Assembly (NCBI RefSeq): GCF_000143415.4
Contig: NW_003314291.1
Span: 108,674-172,673 of the forward strand
Length of the DNA: 64,000 bases
Direction of reading: 5' to 3'
Origin: Selaginella moellendorffii
Taxonomy: Eukaryota; Plantae; Lycopodiophyta
Under the pieces are notes generated by a model that ran no database searches, was not told where the DNA came from, and worked only from the letters and a program-made list of their open reading frames with translations. The position numbers and the translations under genes are program-made. This document shows, in pieces, positions 12,423-26,679 of this stretch (position 1 is the first letter of the stretch; each line of letters begins with the position of its first letter).

Positions 12423-13784
12423 ATATTCCATCTAATGTGCTAGACACCTCCAGCATGAAAGTTGCGAGTAATATCTAAATAAGCACTGGTGTCCTCTATT
12501 CTCTTTTTATATATATGGTGTGATGTTTGCTATGTTACCAAGCTGAACGCATTAAAAATCTCATCCAATGCAGTCTCCTTCATCAATGACGCCCAATGCA
12601 CTGCAGGTTAGTGTGGTGGATTCCTTCTACTGCATGGAATAGCTTTTTTAGATGCCACACTTGATCTTTCTTTTACACCAAGGATTGGACGCATGGTGGA
12701 TTGGATCAGCCCGTTGTAAGTCTGCTCTGGAATGAGAGAGTGACTGTAGTAAAACTCAACATTGCATCGCATGTCATGAGCAGGATCAGTCCAGGCATTC
12801 CCAAGCTGCAGTATACAAGGTTACTTTCTTGCTCTTTTATGTTGTCTATACCCTTTCTGGTCCATGGGCAATGTGGTCCAAAATTTTCACAGCCAGAGAT
12901 AGTGACCTGCTTACTGCTACAGTTTGCTAAATTGTGCCCATGTTTGTCCTTGAAACACCAGAAATGTAAACTTTTTTATTAAGTATAAATAGAAGTGAAT
13001 TAGAGAAACTTTTAGTGCAAAATCACAACTATTAAATTAAAGAATATTCTAAAATATACTTTAACATTCTAAATAGATTCTTTACAAGTTTTCAAAACTA
13101 CATTCACCCAACATCTTCTTGAGTGCTACCAAGTTGGACTGTGCAACTTGAGGGCTGGAACTTCTCAATGGAATACACATTGCACAGCTTTGGTTTTGGG
13201 CTTTGTTTAGTTGGTGCTAGCTGATAATGAAGGAGGGGGTTGCAAGCCGATAAAGTTGCAATTTGTCAAGACTGTTGCAAACCCAGCAACTTAGAGGCAT
13301 TGGCCAAGCCTCAATTAGATGTGTCCCCCACTTGGAAATTTCTCCCCTTGAAAACCCCAATTCCAATAGCATAACTGGTGGGGTGCATGGAACACCTTTC
13401 ATGCATGGAACTCCCCCCGCGGTCTTGCATATAATTTTTCCCCCACTCAATTAAATTCTTTTTATTTTATAAGTAATTGAAAATCTTCCCCCCAAGGGGA
13501 CACATGGAACCCTGCCCTTAGGCAACACAAATTAGTCTTGCTGCCCATAAAGGCAATTCCACACCTGTATAACAAGGGAATTTCCCTCTCATCAACAAGA
13601 CTCTCCATCTCTTAAGATTCAATTTGCACAGGATATTACAAACCTACAACATTGTTGAAACACTTAGGTGAGGCTCAGCCTAACCTCAAAAATTCAAATT
13701 ACAAAGCTTAAATACAAGAAAACTTTTAGTTGAATTATTAGGCTTAACTAATTAGGCTTTTAGCTGAATTCTAAACTATCCATC

Positions 13785-14030
13785 ATAACATAGGCTGTAT
13801 GCACCACTTGTTATCTCCAGAAAATCCCCCGCTACCTCTATCCGGCCTTAACCTTGGCCGCAGCATCACCCAGGAAGCAGCTCCTGGGTGTTGCTTCACC
13901 ATGCCAGGATGTTGATCATGCAGCTGTAGTAATTGTAGCCCGGGGAGTTGATTGCCCCGGCAAAATAGCCGCCCGCAATCGACGTGAAGTTGCAGCATAT
14001 AGCACGCGAATCACCGCCATGGCTTAGTGC
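13785..14030 (-). pseudogene. PPR pseudogene fragment (C-terminal PLS/E region)
   Basis: ALSHGG...FTSIAGGYF...YYSCMINILA resembles SACSHAG...HYxCMVDLLxRAG. Paralogous to 31270-31490. Confidence 0.55.
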
Positions 14031-14044
14031 AATACCAAGGAAAG

Positions 14045-14950
14045 AATATCTAAAAGGATTAGCCAATAGGTAACTTTCGATACTCATAATCATATTCACA
14101 ACAATATCAAAAGCAATTAAAATTATCAATAATCAATACCATCAAATCAAATTGAACAATAGTTACCTCAAATTGCCACTCAACTCATTTGAACATTAAT
14201 ATAGTTGTAAACTAGCAAAATGCACAAATGTTAACAACACAAATATATAGCCAAATCATCAATATTATTTTTATTAATATTAGCAAAACTAAATGTCAAT
14301 ATCTAAAGAAAGCTCAATTAATCACCAACTATCTAAATAATCACAGATGGAAAATTTAACTTTCTTAATATACCCATAGAAAAACATTTCATCTCACTTT
14401 AATATTAACTTTAATAATATCAATATCAAGATATTACTTTAATATCATCAACAATAAAACAAAGTTAAAAGAAAATAAGAGTGAATCACTACTCAACACC
14501 AAGCTAACCAAAGTTGAAAGTACTATATTAGTATCTGAAACCAATCTTTCAATAATATCTAGCTACACATTAATAAAGAGTGAATATTCATGTCCACAAC
14601 TCAATGTAATCCAATACCATAGATTAAATACAACGATATAATGAAGATGGAACTAACATGTCAATATGAAAAAACTATATGAATATAACAAGATGATCAT
14701 TTGCAATGCCATATGACAAACAAACTCATCACTGCTAAATAATAATTTACCTAAGCATAATGCTTAGTTACAAAGCAACTAACTATCATTTTTCAACCTG
14801 CCTTCATATAATTTAGCATCAAACTCATGCAATAAAAAGCAACAATGTAGGTAACAATATATAGAATATGGATAAGTATGAATAAAACAACTACTCAAAT
14901 CTAATCTTACAATAATAAACCCATCTATATAACTCTTGTTATTATATATG
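14045..14950. repeat. AT-rich decayed repeat (family A), second copy
   Basis: Collinear with 2490-3350. Confidence 0.75.
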
Positions 14951-16054
14951 GATAAATCCTCTGAAACATTAGATAAGTCAGAGAAAACGGAAAGCAAAGC
15001 AAGAATTACCTAAGACTGGCCTCGGTTCTTGAGTATGAATAGGCTCCTCAACATTGATGCTCCTCCTTGTCGCATGTGGTGTCCATTTGATCCGTCAACC
15101 TCTGGAGCACGGCTCCACGGCAACCGACCTGTCCAACTATGCTCTCTCATCGGTTCTCCTCGACTTCTCTTCCGCCTCAGCCTTCATCTTTCAACACTCC
15201 TCATCTAGCCTCCAAAGCTTTGCATCTGATACATGTCTAGATCAGCTCGAGCCTTTTAACAATCTCAACAGAGCCTCGAAGGCTGGCAAGAAGATATTGT
15301 TGGTGATTTTTTTTCATCAAAGCGTTCCCTCCTGTGGGTTGCTGCTCCCTTCTATCATCTCAACACCACTTCTGTCTCAGAGTTGACTGATTGCGCAGCT
15401 GGTGTGTGGGCTTGCGCTGCTTTAGCTGCCCGAGTAGCTGTTACTGCTGCTTGAGATTTTGCTTCAACCACAAACTTACAAGCGAGCTGCATTTCCATTG
15501 CACAGAAGACTGCCTCGCACCCTGTCTAATGATGCTTTATTTATGCAGTCTTTTGAAGATAGCTGGCTGAATATTGTGCCATGTCCCTACATTAGGAAGG
15601 AGCATGGTCTTCGTGGTTTCCAAAACAATCTGAGCTTGAGTTTACTGATTTGGTTGATGTAACCTACCTTGTTCTTACGGAGCTTCGCTCAATGGTCAAG
15701 CGATGAGGTCTTGTGTCACACTTCAAATGCAAACAGACCTGATAGCGCGCCTTCCTCCAGATTTTCGTCTTGTGGTGCAAAAAATTCAATAGGGTTTGTC
15801 GCCCTAGAGAGAGTGGTAGATCATGGAACTAAAGTCTTTCCAGAAACTTGTAGATCATGGAGCTAAAGTCTTTTCACGTGATTATAGCAACTATGTAATT
15901 GCAATGCGAACAAAACTGTGGTCTAGGTTTCCAAAAGTTGTGATGTAACCCAAGGACTTCGCTTGCAAGCCCCCCGCTATATAAATGCGCCCCGCCTCTC
16001 CATTCAATCAAACACTGCTCAGCTCTATCCATAGTTAAAGTGCTACTGTTTGCA

Positions 16055-16291
16055 ATGGCGTCCCTTCGTGCTTTCGCTGCTTTGTTCTTGTGCATGTTCG
16101 TTGTTGCAATGGTGGAGCATGCCAATGTGGTGGAAGCTCAGGCAGCGTGTGCAACCCGTCCCTGTTGCGGTCGTCAGGGTGGAGGAGGCCGCTGCAACCC
16201 GGGCCTGTGCTGCAGCCAGTTTGGCTACTGCGGATCGACATCTGATTTCTGTGGCGCGGGCTGCCAGCGCGGCTATGGGAGATGCAACTAA
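16055..16291 (+). CDS. Hevein-like peptide precursor, copy 3 (78 aa, variant [10 protein letters not shown]...SDFC)
   Basis: Signal peptide, hevein signature, 10 Cys; TATA box upstream. Confidence 0.93.
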   Translation: MASLRAFAALFLCMFVVAMVEHANVVEAQAACATRPCCGRQGGGGRCNPGLCCSQFGYCGSTSDFCGAGCQRGYGRCN

Positions 16292-17622
16292 ATATTCCAT
16301 CTAATGTGCTAGACACCTGCAACATGAAAGTTGCGAGTAATATCTAAATAAGCACTGGTGTCCTTTATTCTCTTTTTATATATATGGTGTAATGTTTGCT
16401 ATGATACCAAGCTGAACGCATTAAGCATCTCATCCAATGATCTCCTTCGTCATGACGCCCAATGCGCTGCAGGTTAGTGTGGTGGATTCCTTCCACTGCA
16501 TGGAATAGCTTTCTCTAGATGCATCTTTTACAGCATTCATCTGAATTGGACCTGCTATTTCTCCCTTGGCTTAAGACAGATTGACTTTTTATTCAGGGCT
16601 TCAATGTAGAAATCGCACTGATCTGTTGAGTGCTAGAGCAGCAGCATCCTCTCTTTGCATCGGCTGTTTTTTAAGGCAGACTGTACGAATTTATAATGTT
16701 CATGGTCGTAACATGTTATGTGGCACTTGAGCATTGCTATCGCACTAGCTTATCTCTTAGCTGCACAGCTAAGAAAGAAGTTGAGTCCAACCAGAAGGAC
16801 TGGGCTGTGATTCACATAATAAACATTTTGGTTTTACCAAGCAAGGTTGGCTCTATCACTTGTGATGCACAGCCGTCTGGGCGCTTTATCTAGACTGGTA
16901 GGATTGTAGTTGCAATGGTTTCAATGTCAATATCTTTTATTTGATGATGTTACTATGACAACAAGAGATTGGGGCTGATTCAAATTGCCAGGCATAGAGC
17001 TAGCAGGAGTGGATTTACTGGAAAACAAGCTTCTTATAAAAATCATCCACCCGCAAAAACGTGCAATAAAAAGGAATCAAGACTCAAGAATCTAACACAA
17101 ATTCTAGCTTACAACTAGGCCATAGCCATTGAAGCCATGATCTTCTTTTGTTTTCCAACTTCAATTAATAACTTACGTTCATTTTTGAGGAATTACAGCT
17201 TGCTTTTGAGACTGGAAGGGAGAGCACAAAACAATTAACAGCTCCAAGGCCTAGGAATCCTGTGCTGGTGGCACATGATCCTGAGCCACCATGGCATGCT
17301 CCGCCATTGTAAGAAGGAGAGAATTGCGAACTGGAAGGAGTATGAGAGAAATAAATGCTGCAATGGATAGCCGTTGAAAAACCACACATCCAACCTTCTA
17401 AAGACCTTGACCGCAATAGGGCCAATGTCTTTCCAGAAACTGGTAGATCATATCTTTTCACGTTCAATGTGATCATATAGCAAATACGTAATTGCGATGC
17501 AAACAAAAGTGCGCTCTAGATTTTCAAAAGTTGTGATGTAACCCAAGGACTTCGCTTGCTATATAAATGTACCCCACCTCTCCATTCAATCTCTATCCAT
17601 AGTTAAAGTGCTACTGTTTGCA

Positions 17623-17859
17623 ATGGCGTCCCTTCGTGCTTTTGCTGCTTTGTTCTTGTGCATGTTCGTTGTTGCAATGGTGGAGCACGCCAATGTGGTG
17701 GAAGCTCAGGCAGCGTGTGCAACCCGTCCCTGTTGCGGTCGTCAGGGTGGAGGAGGCCGCTGCAACCCGGGCCTGTGCTGCAGCCAGTTTGGCTACTGCG
17801 GATCGACATCTGATTTCTGTGGTGCGGGCTGCCAGCGTGGCTATGGGAGATGCAACTAA
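17623..17859 (+). CDS. Hevein-like peptide precursor, copy 4 (identical protein to copy 3)
   Basis: Same translation as copy 3 with synonymous differences; upstream region shortened. Confidence 0.9.
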   Translation: MASLRAFAALFLCMFVVAMVEHANVVEAQAACATRPCCGRQGGGGRCNPGLCCSQFGYCGSTSDFCGAGCQRGYGRCN

Positions 17860-19479
17860 ATATTCCATCTAATGTGCTAGACACTGCAACATGAAAGTAG
17901 TAATATCTAAATAAGCACTGGTGTCCTCTATTCTCTTTTTATATATATGGTGTAGTGTTTGCTATGTTACCAAGCTGCATCCAATGCAATCTCCTTCATC
18001 AATGACGCCCAATGCACTGCAGGTTAGTATGGTGGATTCCTTCTACTGCATGGAAAGCTTTTTTAGATGCCACACTTGATGTTTCTTTTACAGCTTTCAT
18101 CTGAATTGGACCTGCTAGTTTTCCCTTGGCTTGGCATTCAAATTAAGCAATGAGGAGAAAGGATACAGGAGCCGCCTTCCTTACAATATGTTTATCTGGT
18201 GTATGACCTCAGACTGACTTTTTATTCAGGGCTTCAATGTAGAAATTGCAGTGATCTGTTGAGTGCTAGAGCAGTAGCACACATGTAGACGGACGTCCTC
18301 TCTTTTGCATCAGCTGTTTTTTATGGCAGACTGTAAGAAGTTATAATGTTCTGTTACGTGGCACTTTGCAGGAACATCAGCATTTTTTAGCACATATGAG
18401 CATTACTATCACACTATGCGCAACTAAGAGATGAGCTAGTGCGATAGCAATAACAAGTTGAGTCCAACCTGAAGGAGTGGGCTGTGATTCCCATAATAAA
18501 CATTTTGGTTTTACCAAGCTGGTAGGATAATAGTTGCAATGCAATATCTTTTTTTGATGATATTCCTTAGAACTGGCAGGAGTGGATTTACTGGAAAGAG
18601 AGCTTTTTATTAAAGTCTTTGGCAAAAACGTGCAATAGAAAAGAATCTAGACAATCTTAACACAAATTCTAGGTTACAAATAGCAATTATTGAAGCCCGC
18701 TTTTGAGAATGGAAGGGAGAGCACTAAGAAATTAACTTCTCCAAGGGGAACATGATCTTGAGCCACCACCATTGTAAGCAAGCAAGAAGGCAGAAGAAGA
18801 GATAGGCAAAAGCATTGTGAACCTGAAGAGTGCAAGAGAAATAAAAGCTACAATGGATAGCTGTTAAAAAACTACACTTCTTAAACCTTGACCATAGTTT
18901 TGTCTCTCTACTGTCACATATCTGCTATGTATATGATTCATGAAGGACATAGCTTTATGACCAGACTGGAATCAGTTTCTTGACATTTGAACATTGTTCT
19001 CACTTCACAGATACTTAAAAAGTGATTTAACTGTCCACGTGGATGGGCTGAGCAAGCTAAAAGTGAGGTTTGATTTCTTTTAGCAATGGCGCTGCTGTTA
19101 CTTTTGAGCTATGGCATGTGGGTGTGATCTGCTTGTGGCACTGTGGAGATGAGCAGCAGCATCTATGAAGGTCCATCACAGGAGTGTTACACGAGCAGAA
19201 GTTGCAGGGGTCATGCCACTGGATGAAGCTTCTATCTTCTACTTATTTTGACAATGCTTGCTATATAAAGTGTGAAAATTTAACTACCCAAATACTTTCT
19301 CTCTCTCTCTCTTTCACACTCCAATTTTGGTGTCTACCACCTTTGATGTGGGAATAGTGATTGCCAGTGAGAACAACCTAGCCTCTATATTTAAGGACCA
19401 AGTGAGTCTAGCCTCTTTATTTGAGGACTAGATTGCTCCTGCTTTCATAACATTACTTGTGCTATCTTTGCTCCATGCT

Positions 19480-19780
19480 GCACACTTCTAACTTTCTGAT
19501 GCAAACAAGCTTTACCAGCCTAGAGATCTTTGCCTTTGACAAGCAACACAAGGCCTTAGGCGGGCAGCTTCTTGTTGCAAAGAATAAACTTAAGATGGTT
19601 ATTGACTCCAAAGTTCCCAATTCAACTCTCTTTTCTCCTAGGCAACTTGTTCTTCTCAAGGAACTCACACCCTCTTCCAAATGCTCTTCATGGTGGCTTG
19701 GCCTCTACTTCATCCAATGCTAGGGGGAGGGTAGTTCTTATATGCTTGCAAACAAGATTGGCTATGAGCTTTTATATGCT
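19480..19780 (+). mobile_element. Ty3/gypsy integrase C-terminal (GPY/F) remnant
   Basis: FSPRQLVLLKE...SWWLGLYFI...GSSYMLANKIG matches the F.PG.LVLL...W.GPY.I...GSY.L pattern. Confidence 0.6.
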
Positions 19781-20119
19781 CTTTTTTGTTTTCTTTTTCT
19801 CCACTTTGTTTCACCTCTCTTTTTCTGTTTTCAGGCTTTACTATGTTGGTTTTTGAGTTCCAACTTGAATTTTAGCTGCAAGGCTACATCAACTCCTTTT
19901 GTATGTGAACTCTTACAGATTCTTAATGAATCCTCAACTGTTTTTGGATCTATTACCTTCACTTCATCCCACCATTTATTACCTTCATCACCACAAAGTC
20001 ACACTATTAGATCACACACCATTTTCTTTACACACCATTGTCTATTCTTCATGATAATTACCCATATTGGGATCATAGCAATTTCATTTACTTTTTATCT
20101 ATGGTCTTTGATATTCATA

Positions 20120-20245
20120 AAGATTAATATTGTGGCAAATGCTCTAAGTAAAAAAGCAAGTCTAGAGTCGGTGATATCTAACACAATGACAACCTTCTAG
20201 AATAATGTGTGGACAGTGTATAAGGACAATGAATTAGCATAGAAA
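20120..20245 (+). mobile_element. Short Ty3/gypsy RNaseH-end remnant
   Basis: INIVANALSKK (N.VADALSR); homologous to 9296-9415. Confidence 0.55.
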
Positions 20246-21429
20246 TCTTAGATTAGAACATAAAAGTATTCCAAGTAAGTTATCATCTGATAAACCAAAA
20301 TGATAGTATAGAAACCACCAAGATTTTTAAAGGTTAAAGTCATAGGATTAACCATCTAACAAAATTCAATAGTAATTAAATCATCAAGAATACTTGATGA
20401 TAAAATGTAACTGTCAAAAATTGCAGATAGTATGCTAGACAACTTATAAAACATAACTACAAGCGGAACCTAAACCTTCCATGTGCCATGTGTCACTTGC
20501 CATGTGTCTATAGGATAGTGGTGCAAAGCCTAGGTTTCAGGGCCTTGGGCCACTAAATAAAAGAACGGAGCCAAACTCCCAAACTTGCAACCAAGGAGTG
20601 AAGGAACCAAAGCATAGAGTGATTCTTGAGTATTCAGCCCAAGGAGTGAAGGGACAGAAACACAGAGCGATGTAGGAACAGTCCTGGAGCATCCAACATC
20701 CCAATGCTAAAACCAACACACAAAATGGAGCCAAACGAAGTCTAGCACTATTTCAGCATACAAATGGCCTAACGCAAGGATATGGGTATTCTATCAGCTA
20801 ACATGGTGTGGAATTTGAACTTAGACCCAAGTCAGACACAAAACAAGGACAGGCATACAAACAAGAGCTAGACTATACCTTAGGTTGGTCAATTATGCCT
20901 AACCTACCCACTATCCCTAATATACATTATCTAAAGGAATACACGCTTTGGGCTTTCACCTTAGCCACCCTTAGGAGACAAGTTTAAAACTTACTAAATA
21001 TGGAATGTCCCTAAATTGCAAATTTGGACATGGGATCAACACCATTGTATTCAGGAGAATCTCTACATTCCATAGATATGCCAAATGAACAGATTTACAC
21101 ATTTTCCATAAATAACAATTAGGATCAAAATGAAACCAACATAAAAGGTACGATAGCGAGGGTGTTTGGCAGGCATAGTAAGCTATCATTTAGCGAATAT
21201 TGAAAGACTAATCTCAATATTGCAGGGGTTCTTGATACTAGCAAGTGCAAGCTAATGATACAAGTTTCTCAAACTAAGTCAAGTATGCTCAGCAAGAAAC
21301 ATATAGGGTTTCTACCTTATATTTATCAAATTTAAATGCATGGCCATTGACCAGTTTCTCAACTAGCTCAAGTGGGAATTAATAACGGATTCAGCAATAC
21401 CGACCTCCTGCCGTCATGGCAGTAAGGAA

Positions 21430-22440
21430 AGAATATTCAAAAGGACTAGCTGACAGGTAACTTTTGATATTCAAAGTCATATTCGCAACAACAATGAAAC
21501 CACTATATTACCCCAAATGGAAATTGTTTTATAGTCAGAGAAACTAAAGGCTATTGAATTAATTATGAGATTATATGAATAAAGCAGTGATATTAACACT
21601 AAAGCTAGTGTCATGTAAGAGCCACAACAATTTGCCTCTATAATGGAGAATAAGATGAACAAACATTTTTTACCCATTTGAATGCATTTTGAGTTAATTT
21701 GTATTGTAGTAAAATGAAAAATAAGACACAATAGCTCTAGAGATTCCACCAGATAAGTCTAGACACCCTACAAAAGATGAGATGAGTATTTTAATTTCTA
21801 TTTGAGCTATAGTAATGTATATAATTGTTCTTGTTTCTGTGTAGCAGGCCAAAATAAAAGAGTTGAACATAAATATTCGAAAAGGCATTATGAAGCTACT
21901 CATTAAAAATAAAATTACCCTTCAAAATATCAAAGGGTTTTCAAAATGAATGACAAATTGTACCAATTGGAAGAAAAACCAAAACAAAAGAAGCTTTAAA
22001 ATATATTGTTGGACATGTTTTAAAGGTTAGGCACTTCACGATGTCTTTAGAAGTACAAGTGATGAATACTTAGAATGAGAGTACATTAACTATTCATGAG
22101 GCTTAAAGATCTGATAAGATATATACATAAAAATTATATAGTTAAATTAAATCATAAATGCATAAAAATATATGAAAATTTATATGACTATTTTTCTAAA
22201 CTATATTTTGAATTTTATAATTAACTATATAATTAACCATATCTTAAACAAATATATATTTATTTTTCAAAACTATATAAAATCCTAAACATTCTACCAT
22301 ATGAAAATTCACAAATTAACATCTTTATTAAAAACTATAGAAGATAGTAGAGTAAAAAGTATTTATAACACTAATACTTAAAATATATACATTAACAAAT
22401 TATTTTGGACCATAGATAAACTAGATATATATATTGGAAG
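21430..22440. repeat. AT-rich repeat: family A start fused to family B body
   Basis: 21440-21490 matches 2490/14045; the rest matches 10180-11210. Confidence 0.65.
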
Positions 22441-23226
22441 TATCATCTCAACACCACCTCTCTCTCAGAGTTAACTGATTCTGCAGCTGGTGTGTGGGCT
22501 TGTGCTGCTTTAGCTGGCCGAGTAGGTGTTAGTGCTACCTGATATTTTGCTTCCATACAGCAGATCGTGCTTGAGCAATGGTAAGGAAATCATAACCTAT
22601 TTTGGTTTCTCCCCAAGCTAACCAGCAAACCACAAACTTACAAGCGAGCTCCATTTCCATTGCACAGACGACTGCCTCGCACTCTGTCTAATGATTTTTT
22701 ATTTAAATGCAGTCTTTTGAAGATAGCTGGCTGAATATTGTGCCATGTCCGGGATTTTATAAGATTCTCAACTACATAAGGAAGGAACCCACCGGTCTTC
22801 GTCACTGAAAACAGTGGTTTCTGAAACATCCTACCTTCAAAGGATTCAACCACGCATGCTTCTTACGAAACTTCGCTCAATGGTCAAGCGATAAGGTCTT
22901 GTGTCACACTTCAAATGCAAATGTGTCATGGTCGGGTTTCCGCAGACCTGTGTACACTGTGTCACCTTCCTCCAAAATTCAATCTATGGGCGAATTCGAG
23001 AGACTGGTAGATCATGGAGCTAAAGTCTTTCCAGAAACTGGTAGATCATGGAGCTAAAGTCTTTTAGCAAAATATGTAATTGCGATGCGAACAAAACTGC
23101 GGTCTAGGTTTTCAAAAGTTGTGATGGACTTTACTTGCAACCCCCCCGCTATATAAATGCGCCCCGCCTCTCCATTCAATCAAACACTGCTCAGCTCTAT
23201 CCATAGTTAAAGTGCTACTGTTTGCA

Positions 23227-23460
23227 ATGGCATCCCTTCGTGCTTTCGCTGCTTTCTTCTTGTGCATGCTCGTTGTTGCAATGGTGGAGCACGCCAATGT
23301 GGTGGAAGCTCAATGTGGTACAAGCGGTCCCTGTTGCGGTCGTCAGGGTGGAGGACGCCGCTGCAACTCGGGCCTGTGCTGCAGCCAGTTTGGCTACTGC
23401 GGATCGACATCTGATTACTGTGGCGCGGGCTGCCAGCGCGGCTATGGGAGATGCAACTAA
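23227..23460 (+). CDS. Hevein-like peptide precursor, copy 5 (77 aa, [18 protein letters not shown]...SDYC)
   Basis: Signal peptide, hevein signature, 10 Cys. Confidence 0.93.
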   Translation: MASLRAFAAFFLCMLVVAMVEHANVVEAQCGTSGPCCGRQGGGRRCNSGLCCSQFGYCGSTSDYCGAGCQRGYGRCN

Positions 23461-25149
23461 ACATTCCATCTAATGTGCTAGACACCTCCAGCATGAAAGT
23501 TTTGAGTAATATCTAAATAAGCACTGGTGTCCTCTATTCTCTTTTTATATATATGGTGTGATGTTTGCTATGTTACCAAGCTGAACGCATTAAAAATCTC
23601 ATCCAATGCAGTCTCCTGCATCAATGACGCCCAATGCACTGCAGGTTAGTATGGTGGATTCCTTCTACTGCATGGAAAGCTTTTTTAGATGCCACACTTG
23701 ATCTTTCTTTTACAGCTTTCATCTGAATTGGACTTGCTAGTTCTCCCTTGGCTTGCATTCAAATGAAGCAATGAAGAGAAAGGATACAGGAGCGGCCTTC
23801 CTTACAATATGTTTATCTCAGATTGAATTTTTATTCAGGGCTTCAATGTAGAAATTGCAGTGATCTGTTGGCTAGAGCAGTAGCACACATGTAGACGGAC
23901 ATCCTCTCTTTTGCATCAGCTGTTTTTTAAGGACTGTATGAAGTTATAATGTTCTGTTACGTGGCACTTTGCAGGAACATCAGCATTTTTTAGCACATAT
24001 GAGCATTACTATCACACTAACTCATCTTATAGCTGCGCAGCTAAGAGATGAGCTAGTGCGATAGCAATAACAAGTTGAGTCCAACCTGAAGGACTGGGCT
24101 GTGATTCCCATAATAAACATTTAATATTCCTATGACATTTACAAGAGATTGGGGATTTTTTGCAGGGCTGATTCAAATTGCCAGACATAGAGCTGGCAGG
24201 AGTGGATTTACTGGAAAGAAAGCTTTTTATAAAAGTTTTACACTGGCAAAAACGTGCAATAGAAAGGTGAACCAAGACTCAAGAATTTAGACAATATTAA
24301 CAAAATATCTAGTCTAGCATTGAAGCCAGATTCTTACAACTCGCTTTTGAGAATGGAAGGGAGAGCACTAAAAAAATAACTTTTCCAAGGAGAGCATGAT
24401 CCTGAGCCACCATAGTTTGCTCCACCATTGTAAGCAAGCAAGAAGGCAGAAAAAGATAGGAAAAAGCATTGTGAACCTGAAGAGTGCGAGAGAAATAAAA
24501 GCTACAATGGATAGCCGTTAAACAACTACACTTCTTGAACCTTGACCACAGTTTTGTCTCTCTACTGTCACAATTACATATCTACTATGTATATGATTTA
24601 GGAAGGACACAACTTTATGACCAAACTGGAATCAGTTTCTTGACATTTGAACATTGTTTTGAAGTGCACTTAAAAAGTGATTTGGCTGTCCACGTGGATG
24701 GGCTGAGCAAGCTAAAAGTGAGGTTTGATTTCTTTTAGCAATGGTGCTGCTGTTTACTTTTGAGCTATGGCACATGCAACTTTGGAGATGCAAGGACAAG
24801 CAACAGTGTCAATGAAGGTCCATCATGGGAGTGTTACAGAAGTAGAAGGTTTCTGGGATCATGCCACTGGATGGACAGCAGCATCTATAAAAAGAATCAG
24901 ATAATTATGTGAAGTGTAAAAGTTTAACTACCCAAATACTCTCTCCATCTCTCTCTCACACACTCCAATTTTAGTGTCTGCCACCTTTGATGTGGGAATA
25001 GTGAATGCCAGTGAGAACTTAGCCTCTTTATTTGAGGACCAAGTGGTGAGTGATCACATGGTTAGTCTAACCTCTTTATTTGAGGACTAGATTGCTCCTG
25101 CTTTTATAACATCACTTGCACTATTTTTGCTCCATGTTGCAAACTTCAA

Positions 25150-25410
25150 ACAAGCTTCACCAACCTAGAGATCCTTGCCCTTGATGAGCAGCAGCTTCTT
25201 GTTGCAAAGAATAAGCTTAAGGTGGTCATTAACTCTAAAGTTCCCAATTCAACTCTCTTTTCTCTTAAGCAGCTCGTTCTTCTCAAGGAGCTCACACCCT
25301 CCTCCAAGTGCTTTTCATGGTGGCTGGGCCCTTACTTCATCCAGTGCCAAGTGGAGGGTGGTTCTTACATACTCGTAAACAAGATTGGCTATGAGCTTCT
25401 ATATACTCAC
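25150..25410 (+). mobile_element. Ty3/gypsy integrase C-terminal (GPY/F) remnant
   Basis: LKQLVLLKELTPSSKCFSWWLGPYFIQCQVEGGSYILVNKIG. Confidence 0.65.
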
Positions 25411-26679
25411 TTTTTTTTTCACCTCTCCTCTTCTGTTTTTAGGTTTTGCTATATTGGTTTACAAGTTCCAACTTGAATTTTAGCTGCAAGGCTACATTAA
25501 CTCCTTTTGTATGCGAGCTTTTACAAATTCTCAATGAATCCTCAATTATTTTTGAATCTATTACCTTCATTTCATCCCACCATTTATTACTTTCATCACC
25601 ACAAAGTCACAACCAAATCACACACCATTCACTCTACATACCATTGCCCATTCTTCATGACAGTTACCCACATTGGGATCATAACAATTTCATCTACTTT
25701 CTATCCATAGTCCTTGATATTCATATCACTCCACTATAGCCACAAATACCTTTTAATAGCAGTAAAAATTATCCAAATCTAATATACCATTTATAATAAA
25801 GATTTTACAACATTGTAACATATTAGTACTTTTGGAGTGGTGTTTCTTAAGCTAGCATTATCCAACATATAAAGAATGCCCAAGCCACTTTTTTGAGCAA
25901 ATTGACAATTGATGACACTTTTCTTTGGCCCTAGGAATTTATGGATAAATGCCACCACTAAGTAAGCAATGTTCCAACACTTTAAATTGTCTATAGTAGT
26001 TATGACTTGTAATTTCAAACCTCTTCACTATCATAATCATTCATTTCCACATTTTTGGCCTCATTCATCCCTTCACACTTTCACTTACATTAAAAGCATG
26101 GAAGAGTCTATGCATGATCACAGACTGATAAACTAGCTTATCAAGTGAAAGAAGTGAGAAGCTCAAAAGAATTAAATTCTTAAATTGTTTACCACTATTG
26201 AGATTCATCACTATATTACTAAAACTTTTGAAGATGACATTCCATTTATAATCAAAGTTAGTTTTTGCTATCATTTAGTCTTTTTACCTCTTTCTTTTTC
26301 TCTTTTTGTTTCATTTCTATTTTTTCATCTTTATTTTTCCCAAGTGTCTAGTTTGCATTTAACATTTTTCCCATTGGGTTTTTCCCTCTAGTATTAAATT
26401 CCACACTACATTTCTCTTTATTTCTTTGTTTTTATTTCTCTTCTTTTCTTTTGGTTTTTTATTTTATTTTTCTTTCTTTTCTTGCATTTTTCTCTTTTGG
26501 GCAACCTGACTTCTACAACTAGGCTTGTGGGTTCTCTTTTCCCTAGAGTTTATTCACTCACTTGTTGTTGGTCGCTTATTGGGATGCAAAATATAACTTA
26601 AGGCACTTAAAATATTTTTATTCTTAAAATATCCTCATCTCTTTGTATAAAAGCCCAATGAGTGAATAATAGTTATGAC

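Larger units (their letters stand above)
5141..14030. repeat. ~9 kb duplicated block (hevein copies 1 and 2 with spacer), paralogous to 22441-31489
   Basis: Collinear from tatcatctcaacacca to caccgccatggct(t/c)agtgc, with indels and one micro-inversion. Confidence 0.85.
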
